Notes: generated from the letters alone by a model not told the origin. A stretch of 64,000 nt of DNA from Selaginella moellendorffii (GCF_000143415.4 NW_003314284.1:248001-312000); one strand, 5' to 3'; shown: positions 47,370 through 60,781, counted from the first letter of the stretch. Numbers and translations: made by a program.

Positions 47370-49392
47370 GGGCATGATTGAATTTCAAAGGTACTTCTTT
47401 ATCTCTCTCTAGATTTTATTGCTTTCTCGCTCCCTCCTTTCTCCAGCTTTGCGTCTCGAGTCACTTTCGTAAGCAAGTCGGCTGACTTTGTTTCAATAAC
47501 TTGCAGCTCGGTCCATTACGGGGTGGCTCGCTGTTGCTGGAATCGATCGTTCACGCGTCTGCTAGCATGGAAGGCACGCATTGTTCGCTGGATGGTCAAG
47601 ATTTGGATCCCCGCCCGTAAGTGTTCAGTGTGAAAGGTTGGAGTTCCAGAAAGCGGGGGGGAGAAAGACTTTCTTGTGTTGGGAGCGATGCTGGATTGGT
47701 GTAATTGTCATGCTGTGGTGGGGTGTATAGTTGTTCGCTGCTTGTTTCTTTTTTTTTTCTTCTTTCTATTACTTTTGGTTTTTTCTTTCTCGACTATCAA
47801 TGGCTCCGCAAGCAAAGAAGATGTTGGGGCCAGAGAAGAGAGATATATATATGTACCTCCATTCTTTTTTAACTTCATCGTCTAACACATCTTGTGCAAT
47901 TGTTTACCGAAGATAACTCGCTTTGGAACAAGTGTTGGCCGACAGCATCTGTCAACATCAAAGATGATGGTGTTACTTGTACGGGTAAGTTTATGATCTC
48001 CCGCAAGGAACCAGTTGCTCGTTTTTCCTGATCTCCACGCTCTTTGTTCCAGGAATCACTGGCTAAACAAACAGCTCTAGACAACGACGATACAAACAAG
48101 CAGAGGGAAGTGCATTTTTGCAAACAGTGTCGGCAGGATTAAAGCAAGCACTCAGATGATTTAATCAACAAGGAAGAGCACAGTTGCTGGATTGCGCGCC
48201 TAGAGTTCTCAAAAGGTTCGCTATGTCCCTCTTTTTGTTTATGACAGCGTTGCTCAGCTACTTGCTCTGTAGAGTGTGTAGCGCTCCTTTTGCGGGGCCA
48301 TGGAGTGATGGTGTGCGCCACTAAACAAATCATGGAGGCACAACACAAGTGGGTCAATGGATCGACTCAACAGTGAGCCCAAGGTAGAAAAGCTTTACCG
48401 CTCTTGTGTTCGTTCTTTGACTTGACGATAGAAAAACGTTTCAGGCTGCTGTTCGTTTTTTGACTTTGACAATACTGTGTGTTAGAAAAGGTGAAAGAAG
48501 TTTCAACATGTCAAATCGCGAAGGGCGGCAGTTTGGCCACGAGAGAAAAAATATTCTCTGTGTCCCTCGTGATTTCGGCACTCGCTCTGGCATCGCCGCA
48601 TACAAACATCGTTCCAATTGGGGACGTGGTGTTGCGGAGAACAAACGGATCTAGCGCACGCCTCGGCGCAAGCATCCAAATCCGAGACCCCACACTCAGT
48701 GCGTCACATCCATTGCAAAGCTGCCCACTCGCTTCATCATCCGATCCGACGCGCACACGCGCTTGCAAGCGAATCGATCCCGCAGGGAATCCAAATCCTG
48801 CGCGACGCCGCCACCGGATCACCACGAGCCCTCATCCTATCCGCGCAACAAAGCATAGAACCCGTTCGTTTGATCATGTCAGGAAAAAAATACTATGTTG
48901 AACAAAGTCGTGTTCATTCCTTGACTTGGTTGACCGAAGTTTCAGGCTGCTCGCGGGTCTTGTGTTCGTTCTTTGACTTTACGAACTTTCCACAAGAAAC
49001 CATGGGACGGAATGTTTGAATTTGAATGGGACGGAATCTTTGAATTTGCAAGGTGGCGAACTGTTTGTAGAAATGAAACGAAAGAGGCCAGATACTGTTC
49101 TGGAAGAAGGTAAAAATCTCCCAACTTTTGTGGCTCACAAACCGTTGACGACTTAAGTGTCTCTTATTTTATTTTATTTTCCTTTGCAGTGAAGTACGAT
49201 GGCGTGTCCCCTGATTTAATTGAAAGGTCACTGGCCACAAAGACGAGCAAGAAAGAATACGACACGACAGAAGAGATAGAGATACCTTTTGGCTGTACAC
49301 AAACTATATCAACAACAGTGGCCGAGAAGGAGTGAGCACCAACGCGTACGTAGACTTTCGCTTGTCTCGCTGGACTTGCTCTAGCTTATCTT

Positions 49393-52300
49393 TCACGATC
49401 TCCCCGGGAGGATCTGCAACTCCAGCGCAGCGTCCACCGCAGCATCTGCCACCTGCGGCAAGCTTGACTTTCGGAGGCGCAGCACCACGTTTTCCAGCGA
49501 CGTGACGGCCGCTGCCGGCCACGCCGACGCGCTCCTCCTGCCGCTGGAATCGCCCAGGCGTTGCTCCTTGCACGCCAGCGTGAGCGCCTGGAGGAGCCGC
49601 CGCTGGAGCAGCGACAGCAGCGCCGAGCCGTGGCCTCCGCTGGTGGACCTCTCCAGCACCTTGGCCAGCTCCTGGAGGCTCGAAAGGACGGACGGCGCCG
49701 CCAGCCCCGGCGCGGCCTTCACCGCCAGTATCAGGCACTCGGACGCGGTCTCGGCGATCCGGGGCTCCGGATTGCCGCACAGGTCCACGAACAGCCCCGC
49801 TCGCGCGCTGAATCCCCCGACGTCTTCCAGCTGAGAAGGCAGCTCCTCCACTTTGAAACCGTTGTTGGTGGCGCTGCTTCCACTGCTCTTGAGCTTCCCC
49901 GCGTTCCGGATGAGCAGCAGCCGGCAAACCGATAGCGTGGGATCCAGGAAGTCCTGCATCCCCTTGAGGTGGACGAACTCCAGGAGCGCGACCAACCTGC
50001 TCACTACATGCAGCTCGGAGATCACTGCGGTTTCCACCTCCTGCGACGATACCAGGAAGAGGCAGAGCCGGACGTTGTGGAGGTTGACGGTGGCGAGGTC
50101 CTCCTTGAGGAACTCGAAAAACTGGGAGACGATCTTGAGCTGGAGAATGTCGTTGATGTCGATGCATCTGAGGTCCAGGAGCATCACCAGCAGCTTCTGC
50201 GCGTACATCGGGATCGGGTCTTCGTCGTCCAGCAGCACGGGGTACAGTGGCAGGAAATACTGCTTGATGATCAGCCTCATCTGGTCCTGTCTCGTGCCGC
50301 TCGACTGCTCCGCCATGTCGTCCATGATGACGAGAAGAATGTCGCAGAAGACCTTGAGGCACAGGAATCGCGTATCTCCACAGGTGTTTCTCCTGTAGAG
50401 ATTTGCCAGGCTTGGAAGCACTTGCGTTATGAAGATCTCCTGGTGAGCCAGGAGGATACTCGGCTGCTGTGATATTGACTCTATAATTCGCAGCAGTGTC
50501 GTTTGAAAGTCATCCTGGCCCTGTGCAGAAGAAGGCCACGTAAACAAGAAAATCAAAAGCACAGTCAGTACCTGACTCGTTGCTGCTTCCATCCGTTTCA
50601 GAAAGGTGGCCAGCTGCTGTAATACTTGCGAGTTGACAATCCTGTCCCGAAACGTCATGCTCCGAAACAGATGTAGTACGACTGGGAAGAGCGGCATGGA
50701 GCCTCGAGGCTGACTCCGTCCAAGAGTTGCATGCTGAGTCGTGGTGGCCGAGCTTGGCCGCTTGCTGTTTGCTGACTGCTGGAAATCGGCACCGATGCTG
50801 TCAAGGATGCCCGGAACTAGCGAGACCACGATCTGTATGAGCGCGTCAACGCACTGTTGGACATAAGCATCCTTTTCCTTCGTCAGTCTCTCCACGGCTG
50901 GCACAATTTTAGCGTTGCAGAATGACAGCATCCACCTGCGGTTGATCTTGCACAGCAAAGCGGCGCAAACGAACGCCTTGCCGCGAAGAACTTCCGGACC
51001 CTGTTCCAAGATGGCCATGATGTTGGGGATCAGAGCCTTCTCGTCGAAGAGCACCTGCAAGTGCCTGCTGGCATTGTTCATAACGCTAGATCCGACCAGC
51101 GCAATGTTCAGGAGGTTGATGTAGACCTGCTGAAGCTTTGCACCTCCTTTGCATAAACCAGCGATCAGCTCTTTAAAGGTCACCTTTTCCAGAACCACAG
51201 CGACGCTTGAAGGGCTGAAACGGACCAACCGCACCAAGCAAGACCCTGCTGTTGATCGAACAACTTCTTGTTTGGATGAAGTCTTCATTATATAGCAAAG
51301 ATTCCCCAGCACGTCATGAGTGGTGAAACGGGCCGCCCACTCTCCTCCTTGACTTGAAATGTTCTCAATCGCTTTCAGAGCGTAATGCTGAGTGACATCA
51401 TCTTCGCCCTTCCGGAGAATAGATGCCACAAGAGCTATCGTCGTGCTGGGAACCTGATAGGAGAATAACAGAAAATCAAAACTTGAACGTATGTAATGCT
51501 CAGAGGACGAACCTGCCAAACAGAAGATCTTCCTTCCTTTGGTACGTTGTCGTGACCAGCCCCAGATCTTGGAGACCCTCCGTTTTGAGTTGCAATATAG
51601 AACAACAGTTCGCCAAGTGATGCCATGGCACAACGGCGCACTTTTTCCTGCTTGTCCCTTAAAGTTTCCGTTAGAACCGCAATGATACCTGAGCTCGCAA
51701 GGTCGTCTTCAATCAGTGTTGCATGTCGAACGAGAAGGCCAATAACGGACGTAAGTTGCACTCGCAATGCCGGTAGCTTCGTTGTTCGCAGTAGCTTGAC
51801 AAGTGAGTGCATCAGAACTCCGTTGATAAACACGTTCGCAGCATCCATGCTAACACAGATAGTCTCCAGATACTTGAGCGTGTTCATCTTCTCGTTGACA
51901 GATGTATTCCCACATATACTGTTCATTATCCGAGTCACAAACGCTTCCAGTTCGTCGGGTTGTAGCTTCAAAAACTCTGACGACGACAGCGAATCCACTG
52001 GCAGCGTTTTCCCATCGAAACGGACGTCAGCTGCCTGGTCAGCCTTGCGGTTCTGCATAATTGGCCTCACAGCAAGGTCGGACGGATGCCAGAGAGCCTG
52101 AGATAACGTGATTGAAGCCTTTGGATGATCCTCAGCTTTGGAGACAGCCGGTTTCTTCTTCTCTCCCGTTAAAGCAGCAATCCTCTGAGCTTTCCTCGGT
52201 ATTCCAGCACCAGGGGGCGTAGCAGCAACCTCCATTCTTAAAGCCTCCAAACGAACTTCTTCCACGTTTTTATCATAATCCAGCTCCTTGCCGTTGCTAT

Positions 52301-54031
52301 CCGCTCCATCTTCGTGAACGCTTTCGTCATGTGTTGTAGCTTCCGCAGCGCTGACACTTTCGTCATCCTCGGTTTCTCCATCGGTGTCCGGACGCTCCGC
52401 AAAGTCGAGTTCCTGGTCATGGTTTTCCAGCGTCAGATCTGAATCGTTTGTAGCTGCCCCAGCATTTTGCTGCCGGTATGAATCCCCTTCGGCCTCTCTT
52501 TGCAAATTCGTCTTCACTATCTTCGACAGTCTTAAGACGTTGACAACAGCATTGGCTCGTCCTGAAGCTTCCGTCAACGGCCCTGAAGATGCTGGACGTC
52601 TCCCTGGAGGCGTTTTTCCATTGGCGATAGTTTCCCCTTTGTCTGCTGTCTTGTGCAAGTACTCGTGCTTCTTGATTGTTGCCGGCTGCTGCTTTGGACC
52701 CGATCCACCATTCCGTGACTTTTCTGTTATATCCTGTGGCTCTGAAGTCTTTTTCGAATCCAGATACTTCAGAACAGCTGGTTTGTGACGGTAACACCAA
52801 AGGCTTGATTTTTTTCCTCCAAAACGAATGATCCCGTAACTCCGACCACTTCATTCTTTCCGCAGGATCTTTCACAAGGAGCCGGCTCAGAAGATCCTCG
52901 AAGTCCTTATTCGTTGACGCAGATAACGCTGGGGCTGGGTCATGGAGAATAGACTCCACCAACTGTGTGAAGCTCGTGGAAACGAATGGCGGCTTTCCGG
53001 CATAACACTCGTACATGACGCAGGCCAAGAGCCCATAAATCAGATGAAAAAGAATGAACACCTCCCTGAAAAAGCTCTGGGGCCATGTAACATGGTGTGC
53101 CTCTCTTGGCTTGCGGCAGCTGACATAAAAAGAATTGCGTTTCACATCAACAAGAATGTTCAACGAAAAGTACCTGTTGAACAGTGTTCTTTGAAATGTC
53201 AGCGAGTCGTCGAGCCAAACCAAAATCGCACAGCTGCAAAAGAAGAGTCAAAAAGTGCCCAAACGACCAAAATGCATGTATGTCTAACCTTGATGCGGCC
53301 ATTCTCATCAAGCAGTAAGTTCGAAGGCTTAAGGTCACAGTAAACTATTCCCTTTGAATGCAGAAACCTACAAGGCGATATTAGTCAAGGAGAATATATA
53401 CAAGCACAACTTAACTGTAGCGCTTCCACTAAATCACGGGCAAAATCGTGAACCGACTCTTCAGGCAGTCTAGTATCCTGCAAGACAGATCATAGAGCTG
53501 GGTAAACTGTGAACCGTTCCGTTTCCATGCATAAAAGCCAAATCTATGCCCACCTGTTTGAGAAGCGTCAAAAGATCGCCTCCAACGCAATACTCTAAAA
53601 CCAGCCACAAGTGAGCAGAAGTCTCATACCTGGAAAGGAGGCAGAACGAGAAGAACGAAACTAGATCAGAAAGAAAAATGGAAGAGCATCTCATTACCAC
53701 GCATAGAACTTCAAAACGTTTGGATGATCCAAGGAATGAAGCGTTCGAACCTGGCACACAAAGGTTATTATAGTCTATACAGTGCAAATCCCACGTTTTC
53801 TAGACACGGCCACTTACTTCTTGGAGGACTTTGTTCTTCTGGCTCTTCTCCACGCTCTTGATGGCGTAGTACTCGATCGACTTCTTCTTGCGGCCCTTGT
53901 ACACAGTCTGCCATCGCGGCGCCCACGGTGAGAAGAAGCAGCATTCTTGGAAACCCTAAAGCTCGGGCAAGGAGGCTACTCACCGAATGCTTGCCCCGGC
54001 CGATTGCTTCGTAGATGTGGTACTGATTCAT
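49393..54031 (-). CDS. RUK: RUNKEL/ULK4 microtubule-associated pseudokinase with HEAT repeats
   Basis: [16 protein letters not shown]|[95 protein letters not shown]. Confidence 0.95.
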
Positions 54032-54265
54032 GCTACCCGCGCCGAAATGCCGGATGCTAGGACACCATCGCAGGATCCGCTCGCGCTGGAATGCATTGCC
54101 GCCTCGATCCGATCGATGGCAGCTCCCACGCCCCGGGCGCAAAAACCCTTGCCGCTACCCAAACAATTTCAAACACACTATCGTAAAAACTTTCAACGGA
54201 TATTCCGGTATGTACCCCACAAGGTAACGGATCGATTCCCAGGGCAGCTTTTAAAGCCTCCCTGA

Positions 54266-57248
54266 TTAAGTTAGTCGGACTGGATAAACACATTCTAGCC
54301 TACACGCTAATGGATCTGCAGCTTCGTTTGCTTCATTGATGGCTTCTTCGTTGATTTCGAGGACCTGAGACAAAAGAAAGAAGAAAAATTCGTATGACAA
54401 AGACGGATCGAACTTCTCGAGTTTAAAAGAGAACCTTCTTCTAGAGCTTTGACGAACGTATTTCACGACCTCGTTGAGAGGCTGGACCTGTAGAAGCCAA
54501 TCAAACCAAAACTCTCGCGAGGAAAAAGTAGAACCTGTGTGATCCACTCGTGTTTTAGCAACTGCTGAGGAGTCATGCGTTGTTCTTTGTCCCACTTCAA
54601 GCAGCATGACAAGAAGTTTACGAAGCTTTTGTCACTGCATCCGACAACCATCCTGAGATCTTTCGTGCTTGGGAAGTGCCTCGTGCCGGATGAGTTTGGA
54701 ACGATCCTCGGCTTGTTGTCGGAATCTACGCAGGCAAATAGAACTCCTAGAAGCCAAGAGACACAAAAGAACTACTTTTACCGAAAAACATCTTCTTGCG
54801 TTTTGCTTGACTGATGAGGGATAGCGGCGGGGTCCCGAGAACTTCCATCATGTAAGCAAGCTGTTCCACTTCGTCCTCCCCAGGAAACAAAGGATATCCT
54901 GAATACAAGTCGAGTGGATATTTGAAACATTTTGAGAAATTGAATGGTTTACCTGTGAACAACTCGGCAAGAATGCAAGCGAAGCTCCACACGTCAATCA
55001 TCATGTCATACGGCAATCCTGGAATCACCATACATTTCCCGTAAGCAGCGTTTTAAACTGCAAAAATCTGGGTCTGGTCGATACCAAGGATGACTTCCGG
55101 AGCGCGATAGAATCTACTCTGTATGTAAGTATAAACTGCAAAAAAGAAAAACAAAACAAGAGTAGAAATCAGACGTAGTAGCAAAACAGGAGCTTACTTC
55201 GTTCGTGCTCGAAACAACTGGATCCAAAATCAATTAGCTTGATTTTCGGAGAAGCAGGTTGTTGAAGTAGTATGTTCTCCGGCTTCAAATCGCCGTGGAT
55301 AATACGCGCTCTGTGCAAAAACTGGAGCGACACAAGTACTTGTCTGGCAAAGCACTTGACAAGGCTCAAGTTGAACCCTTCGAAATGGTTCTTCTTGAGC
55401 ATGTCGAACAGGCTGATGTCATGCACTGCAAAAGACAGACATAGATGCCCCCGAAATTCGAAGCTTTCGTAGATCGTCACAATGTTGTAATCTACTCCTT
55501 CTTCTGCAGCCTGCAAAGACCTTTCAACCAGCAAAGGAAGTATTTTACGCTTTCACTGATTTAAAAATCCCGACTTGTATGTTAAAACAATTAATCTCAC
55601 CTTGTTTCTCAGGAACTCCAACAGATTAATCTCAATGAAGGCCTGCTGGGTGAACTGCTTCTTGTTGCGAATGATTTTAATGGCTCGCGGAACTTTGTAC
55701 TTGTGATCTGTGCACTTCAACACCTGGCCAAAGCTGCCTCTGCCAAGCTTCCCAAGAATTTCATATCGGTAAGCGATATGGTCCTGCATGATGGCATTGT
55801 AGTCTCCCTTCTCAGTATCAAAACCTGTAAGAGCATGAAAACATGAGTATTTCAAATCAAGCAAATTTACCATAATTGTATCGCCCCTGCCCTCCGACAA
55901 CTTGAATCTTCTTCTGTGGTAAACCAATATAGTAAATTTCAGGATATTTCAAAATTTCCTGCTTTTCGAAGTCCGTCAGGGAGCTTGGATACTGTTTCAG
56001 AACCGCTGAACGCACAAAACAATTAAGCCATGTTGAATAATAAACGATAGTTTTACCTTCCGGAGTCATAAAAGTTTCCCAATCTTTCGATGGAGTTTGC
56101 ACAACAGTTTGCGGGATGGCTACATCGGCATACGCGCTTCTATCCGTTTGTGCCATCCTTGGCGTAGGCCCAACAACCACCTGACAGAGCAGGAGCAAAC
56201 TGGTAAGAAGATAGTGAACATAATCAAGTGTACAACTTTGGAAGGCCTTGAAGTTTGAGGACACTCTGCTGGTTCACCTCCAAAACCTGTAAAGCAATGT
56301 CGTGGGCGATATATTGGAAGCTAATGGGAAAGCAAAGTACCTATGGGGACGGAACTCTTGGTTGCGTCCGGAAGTTTCAAAGGCTTCAAAACCGATTGCT
56401 TTGGAGCAGCTTTTGTTGTCGCCTTCTCCGAAACCCTGCAAAACGAAGACGTTAGAAAATGTTTTTTCTACTTGCTACCATTACCTTGAGCTTTTGTGTG
56501 ACATTTTTTTCACAGCATCCTTCGTTTCCGTAAACTTAAGCGCCTGTTTCCTCGGCGTGGCGTCACGCTGTTGCTCTTGACCCTCTGAAGCTAGCAAGCA
56601 TGGAACTGTCAGGTCACGAGCACTGGCTATATCCTTCGTCTCGGCTGCCTGGGCGGGAGATGTCGCTTCTTCATAAGCCTCGGGCGGATTTAAAATCTCG
56701 TCCACCTTCCTGTCGTCAACCTCAGCCAAAATCCTTCGATCGACGTGAACTATCGGAGCATAGTTCAATGCCTGAAGAATCATTTGCTGTTGGTACGGCC
56801 TGAGCTGTTCTCCAAGAAACTTCTCCTGATGCCTCTCAGCATAGCTATCCTGCTTCTTCTTTCGCTTGGTAACGTCATTCTCGAACACTATGTCGATTTT
56901 CCTGGGCGTCCTCAGCGTCATGCTCTCAAGCTGTGCGTCGGTCTTGCGCTGCTGCAAAGCGGTACAAGCGAGCGAATGCTCCCTCCTCCCACTGTAAGAC
57001 GACGTATCACGCCGGGAAGACCCGTGTTTTTTATCCAGCCCCTTCTTCACCTTGGAGAGATTGAGAGATGGGAGAGCCTTGCTGCGCTTGGAGGAGGCCT
57101 GATCGCCACCACCACCGGCATTCTTCTTTTCCTTGTCCTTCTTGCTCTTGCCCTGCTTTCCAAGTCCTTGCATGAGGCTCTCGATCAGATCGGCATGGAA
57201 GTAGGAAAGAAAGCCCGGCTTGATCTCTACTGTGTCCTTGAGAACCAT
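54266..57248 (-). CDS. Dual-specificity tyrosine-regulated kinase, DYRK2 (class 2)-like
   Basis: DH-box-like [89 protein letters not shown]. Start and last exon are tentative. Confidence 0.88.
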
Positions 57249-57460
57249 TCTCGCTCGCTTCCACCACTGCTACTTCATCCCCAGCGCTTTCTCATCAATG
57301 TACCTTCTGATGGACTAGCCCAGACCATCGCCTCGCCTCGCGCCACGCTATCTCCAAGTCAAAAAAAGCGCGATGCCCTAAGAATATCCCCCGGGAATCT
57401 CCCGCCATATTTCGAAATGCCGCCTGGCGGTATCTGCGCGATCCAGTGGAGAGAATTGCG

Positions 57461-59146
57461 ATGCTCACCGATTTCGAGGCCTGTGACCGATTGGTGCGAT
57501 CGTGTACCGATGCCGCGAGCTGCGATCTCGCGCGCCGCCACATCCTCCACTGCGGCTATGGCGGAAATCTACACCTCGCCAATCTCCTGCTCCAGATCCA
57601 CGGCCAGTGCCGCGATCTGCCCGGCGCCCGCCGCGTCTTCGCGTCCATCCAACGCCCTAATCCCCTCTCCTGGAACATCATGCTCGATCTGTGCGCCAAG
57701 AATGGATCGCTCCAAGAAGTGCTCGAAATCTTCGACGCGATGCCGCGCAAGACCACCGCCTCGTGGAACATCCTCGTCGCCGCGATCGCGCAGCTAGGGC
57801 GCATCGATCTTGCTGCCGCGGCCTTCGAATCCGTGCCATACCCTGACGTGATCTCCTGGAACACGATAATCACAGCTTACACCTCCATTGGACTGCTAGG
57901 CCACGCCCGCCGCTACTACGAGGCAATGCCCGAGAGGAATCTAGTATCCTCGAATGCGATGATTGCGGCATATTCCCGGGCCGGGCATCTGGACGACGCA
58001 AAGCGAATCTTTGACAGCATGACGCAGAAGAATATTGTGTCATGGACGTCGATGCTTACGGCATATACCCATGGTAGGCATCTACGAGATGCTCGCCGCG
58101 TGTTTGATTCTATGCCGGAGTGGAACGTCGTGGCATGGTGTGCTATGATCACGGCTTATTTCCAATCAGGATCTCTGGAGAGTTCATGGGAATTTTTTAG
58201 GGATATTCCAGAACCTAACATTGTTGCCTGGAATGCAATAATCTCAGCCGTTGCAATGAGTGGAGATTTGGATCAAGCGTCAGAAATGTTTAAGAAAATC
58301 CCCCAGCGTAATATCGTGACGTGGACAGTGTTACTTGTGGCATATGCCCAGGCAGGGTATGTGGAGGAGGCCAAGTATGTGTTTGATAGGACGCCCGAAA
58401 GGAATCTGGAAATGTGGACCGGGCTAGCAATGGCTTATGCCCTCACTGGGCATACTGAGAGTCTCCGAGCGCTTGTAGTGAGCCTTCCATTTTGTAATGT
58501 GGTATCTGACACAGCCCTTCTATGGGCATATTCCCAGCTTGGGAATATCCAAGCAGCAAAAGAAGTGTTTGATCAAATGTGCGAAAGGAACGAGATTACG
58601 TGGAACTCTATGATCGCTGCTTATGCCCAGACTGGGCATCTTTCAAAGGCACGGAGCTTGTTTGATGCGAGCGATGGTCGAAGATCTAACCTTGTGAGCT
58701 GCACGACTATCATACAAGCTTATGTCTGCTGTGGATATGCGAAGGAATCTCTCTCGCTGTTGTTTGATGCCATTGTGGAAGGGATCGAGCTCGATTCCAT
58801 CGTGTTTGTGAGCGCTCTCGTGGCGTGGGGCCTTTGCGGATCTATCTACAAAGCCATGAAGTGCTTCGTTTCAATGCAACAGGACTATGGCGTTGATGCT
58901 AGTGCCCAACACTGGCATTGCATCGTGGATCTTCTCGCTCGCAATGGGAAATCTGTGGAAGCTACCGAGCTTTTGGCAAGCATGCCTTTCGAGCCCGATA
59001 GTGTGGGTTACACGAGCTTGCTGGAAGCTTGTGACACTCCTGAAAGTGGGATTACCAATGCCACTGCCAAGAACTTCGCGGAGATCCAGCCTCACAGTGC
59101 TACTCCTTTATTGTTGCTGTCCAAGAAACTAACGTTTACACAATAA
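57461..59146 (+). CDS. PLS-class PPR protein with E-like C-terminus
   Basis: Many 31-35 aa repeats (MPERNLVSSNAMIAAY..GHLDDAKRIFDSM); C-terminal HWHCIVDLLARNG..MPFEPD..SLLEAC; no DYW; intronless. ORF is open from 57446, first ATG at 57461. Confidence 0.9.
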   Translation: MLTDFEACDRLVRSCTDAASCDLARRHILHCGYGGNLHLANLLLQIHGQCRDLPGARRVFASIQRPNPLSWNIMLDLCAKNGSLQEVLEIFDAMPRKTTASWNILVAAIAQLGRIDLAAAAFESVPYPDVISWNTIITAYTSIGLLGHARRYYEAMPERNLVSSNAMIAAYSRAGHLDDAKRIFDSMTQKNIVSWTSMLTAYTHGRHLRDARRVFDSMPEWNVVAWCAMITAYFQSGSLESSWEFFRDIPEPNIVAWNAIISAVAMSGDLDQASEMFKKIPQRNIVTWTVLLVAYAQAGYVEEAKYVFDRTPERNLEMWTGLAMAYALTGHTESLRALVVSLPFCNVVSDTALLWAYSQLGNIQAAKEVFDQMCERNEITWNSMIAAYAQTGHLSKARSLFDASDGRRSNLVSCTTIIQAYVCCGYAKESLSLLFDAIVEGIELDSIVFVSALVAWGLCGSIYKAMKCFVSMQQDYGVDASAQHWHCIVDLLARNGKSVEATELLASMPFEPDSVGYTSLLEACDTPESGITNATAKNFAEIQPHSATPLLLLSKKLTFTQ

Positions 59147-59200
59147 GATCGCTCAATCACTTTGTATATAACATCTAAAGAAAACGATGTCGTAGAAGAC

Positions 59201-60781
59201 ATGATGGTAAGTCATGGTGTCAAAGATGCTGGTGGGATCTGGACGTGGAGAACCGATGAGCAGCGAGCAGCCGAGAAGCAGCAAATTGTGGATCTTTTCA
59301 CCAAGCGGATGAAAGAATCTGGAGATGCCAAGGATCTCCTTGAAAGCAAGCGCATCCACGTAGAGATCAAAGAGAAGGGGCTGGGTCGGAACAGGCTGCT
59401 CACAAATCTTCTGATTGAAATGTATGGCAAGTGTGGGAACCTCGAAGATGCAAAAGATGTTTACACAAACATGCATCATCCGAATGTGTTCTCGGGAAAC
59501 ATCATGATGAACGCGCTCATTAAAAACGGGCATCTTCAGCAAGCTAGAAATGTGTTCGATCGAATGCGCGAGAAGAGTGCGGTGTCCTGGAATACGATAA
59601 TTGCGGCATATGCCCAAGTTGGGGATATGCGGGAAGCTATGAGAATATTTGACGAGATGCCTTCTCCAAACGTGGTAACTTGGAACTCGCTGCTTGCCGG
59701 ATACTCGGAACAAAAGGATCTGGAATCTGCAAAGAGGATCTTTAACAAAATGGGAAAGAAAAACCAGGTATCATGGACAACCATGGCTCTAGCTTATGCC
59801 CAATGCGGGCATTTGGAGAAATCCCAGAAATTATTCGAGGAGATGCCTGACAAGGATGAGATTTCGTGGACGGCCATGATCTCCGCTTACGCAATCAATG
59901 GCCACATAGAGGGCGCACGCAGTGTATTCGATCGAATGCCCTTTGAGAAAAACGTGGTGGCGTGGACAGCCATGCTTAATGCTTACACTCAGGGAGGGTA
60001 TCTCGAAGATGCCAAGAATCTCTTTTGGCAGATGCCAGACAGGAATGTGGTGTCGTGGACGGTGTTGATTCAAGCGTGTGTGGACAATGGAAACATATCC
60101 GACGCTAAAGAGTTCTTTGACAAAATGCCACAAAGGAATCTACTGTCGTGGACAACGATGATCGTTGGATATGCCCACAAAGGGCATTTGCGCCAGGCAT
60201 GGAGCCTGTTCCAACAGCTGCCGTACTGGGACCAGGTCTCGTGGACCGCTATGTTCCAGGCGTATGCACGGCATGGCCACATCTTGCGAGCCAGGGTAAT
60301 GTTTGAGCGTATGCCGTACCACGACGTGGTGGCATGGGCCGCGATGGTCCACTCGTATGCCCTGACAGGGCATACGCTGGAGGTGTTTGAGGTGTTCCAG
60401 CTCCTGCTACTCGAGGGCGAAACGCCCGATGATGGAGTGTTCGTGAGCGTTTTGACCGCCTGCAGCCACAGGGGCTTCTACAAGGAAGGCTTGCGTTACT
60501 TCAAGTCAATGATGGGCGACCACGGCGCAAAGCCAATGGTGGATCACTACCACTGTTTGATGGATATCTTGGGTCGATTGGGTCGCCTGGAAGAGGCCGA
60601 GGAGCTCTTTGCGATGATGCCATTCTCGAGAAAATCGCTGGGGTGGATGACGCTACTAGGTAGCTGTAGAATTCATCGCGAGTTTGACAGAGCCCAAGAG
60701 ATCGCTGGAAAGGCTGTGGACTCTGGGAGTGGCAATCACTCGATGTATGTGATGCTGGGAAATATATACAGGAGAAAGTAA
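59201..60781 (+). CDS. PLS-class PPR protein with E-like C-terminus
   Basis: NLLIEMYGKCGNLEDA, repeated SW..M..AY..GH...A...F..MP, VLTACSHRG, HYHCLMDILGRLGRLEEAE..MPF..WMTLLGSCRIH..YVMLGNIY; start codon uncertain. Confidence 0.92.
   Translation: MMVSHGVKDAGGIWTWRTDEQRAAEKQQIVDLFTKRMKESGDAKDLLESKRIHVEIKEKGLGRNRLLTNLLIEMYGKCGNLEDAKDVYTNMHHPNVFSGNIMMNALIKNGHLQQARNVFDRMREKSAVSWNTIIAAYAQVGDMREAMRIFDEMPSPNVVTWNSLLAGYSEQKDLESAKRIFNKMGKKNQVSWTTMALAYAQCGHLEKSQKLFEEMPDKDEISWTAMISAYAINGHIEGARSVFDRMPFEKNVVAWTAMLNAYTQGGYLEDAKNLFWQMPDRNVVSWTVLIQACVDNGNISDAKEFFDKMPQRNLLSWTTMIVGYAHKGHLRQAWSLFQQLPYWDQVSWTAMFQAYARHGHILRARVMFERMPYHDVVAWAAMVHSYALTGHTLEVFEVFQLLLLEGETPDDGVFVSVLTACSHRGFYKEGLRYFKSMMGDHGAKPMVDHYHCLMDILGRLGRLEEAEELFAMMPFSRKSLGWMTLLGSCRIHREFDRAQEIAGKAVDSGSGNHSMYVMLGNIYRRK

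Noticed and set aside
46377-47375. Long antisense ORFs over GRAS (similar ones over BIG, RUK and DYRK)
   Set aside because: Shadow ORFs caused by high GC3 codon bias on the coding strand.
48441-48850. Weak similarity of 'SRGTQRIFFL' to 'ARGTQNIFL' at 34455-34637
   Set aside because: Only about 25 nt of loose match; homology or a gene model cannot be supported by eye.
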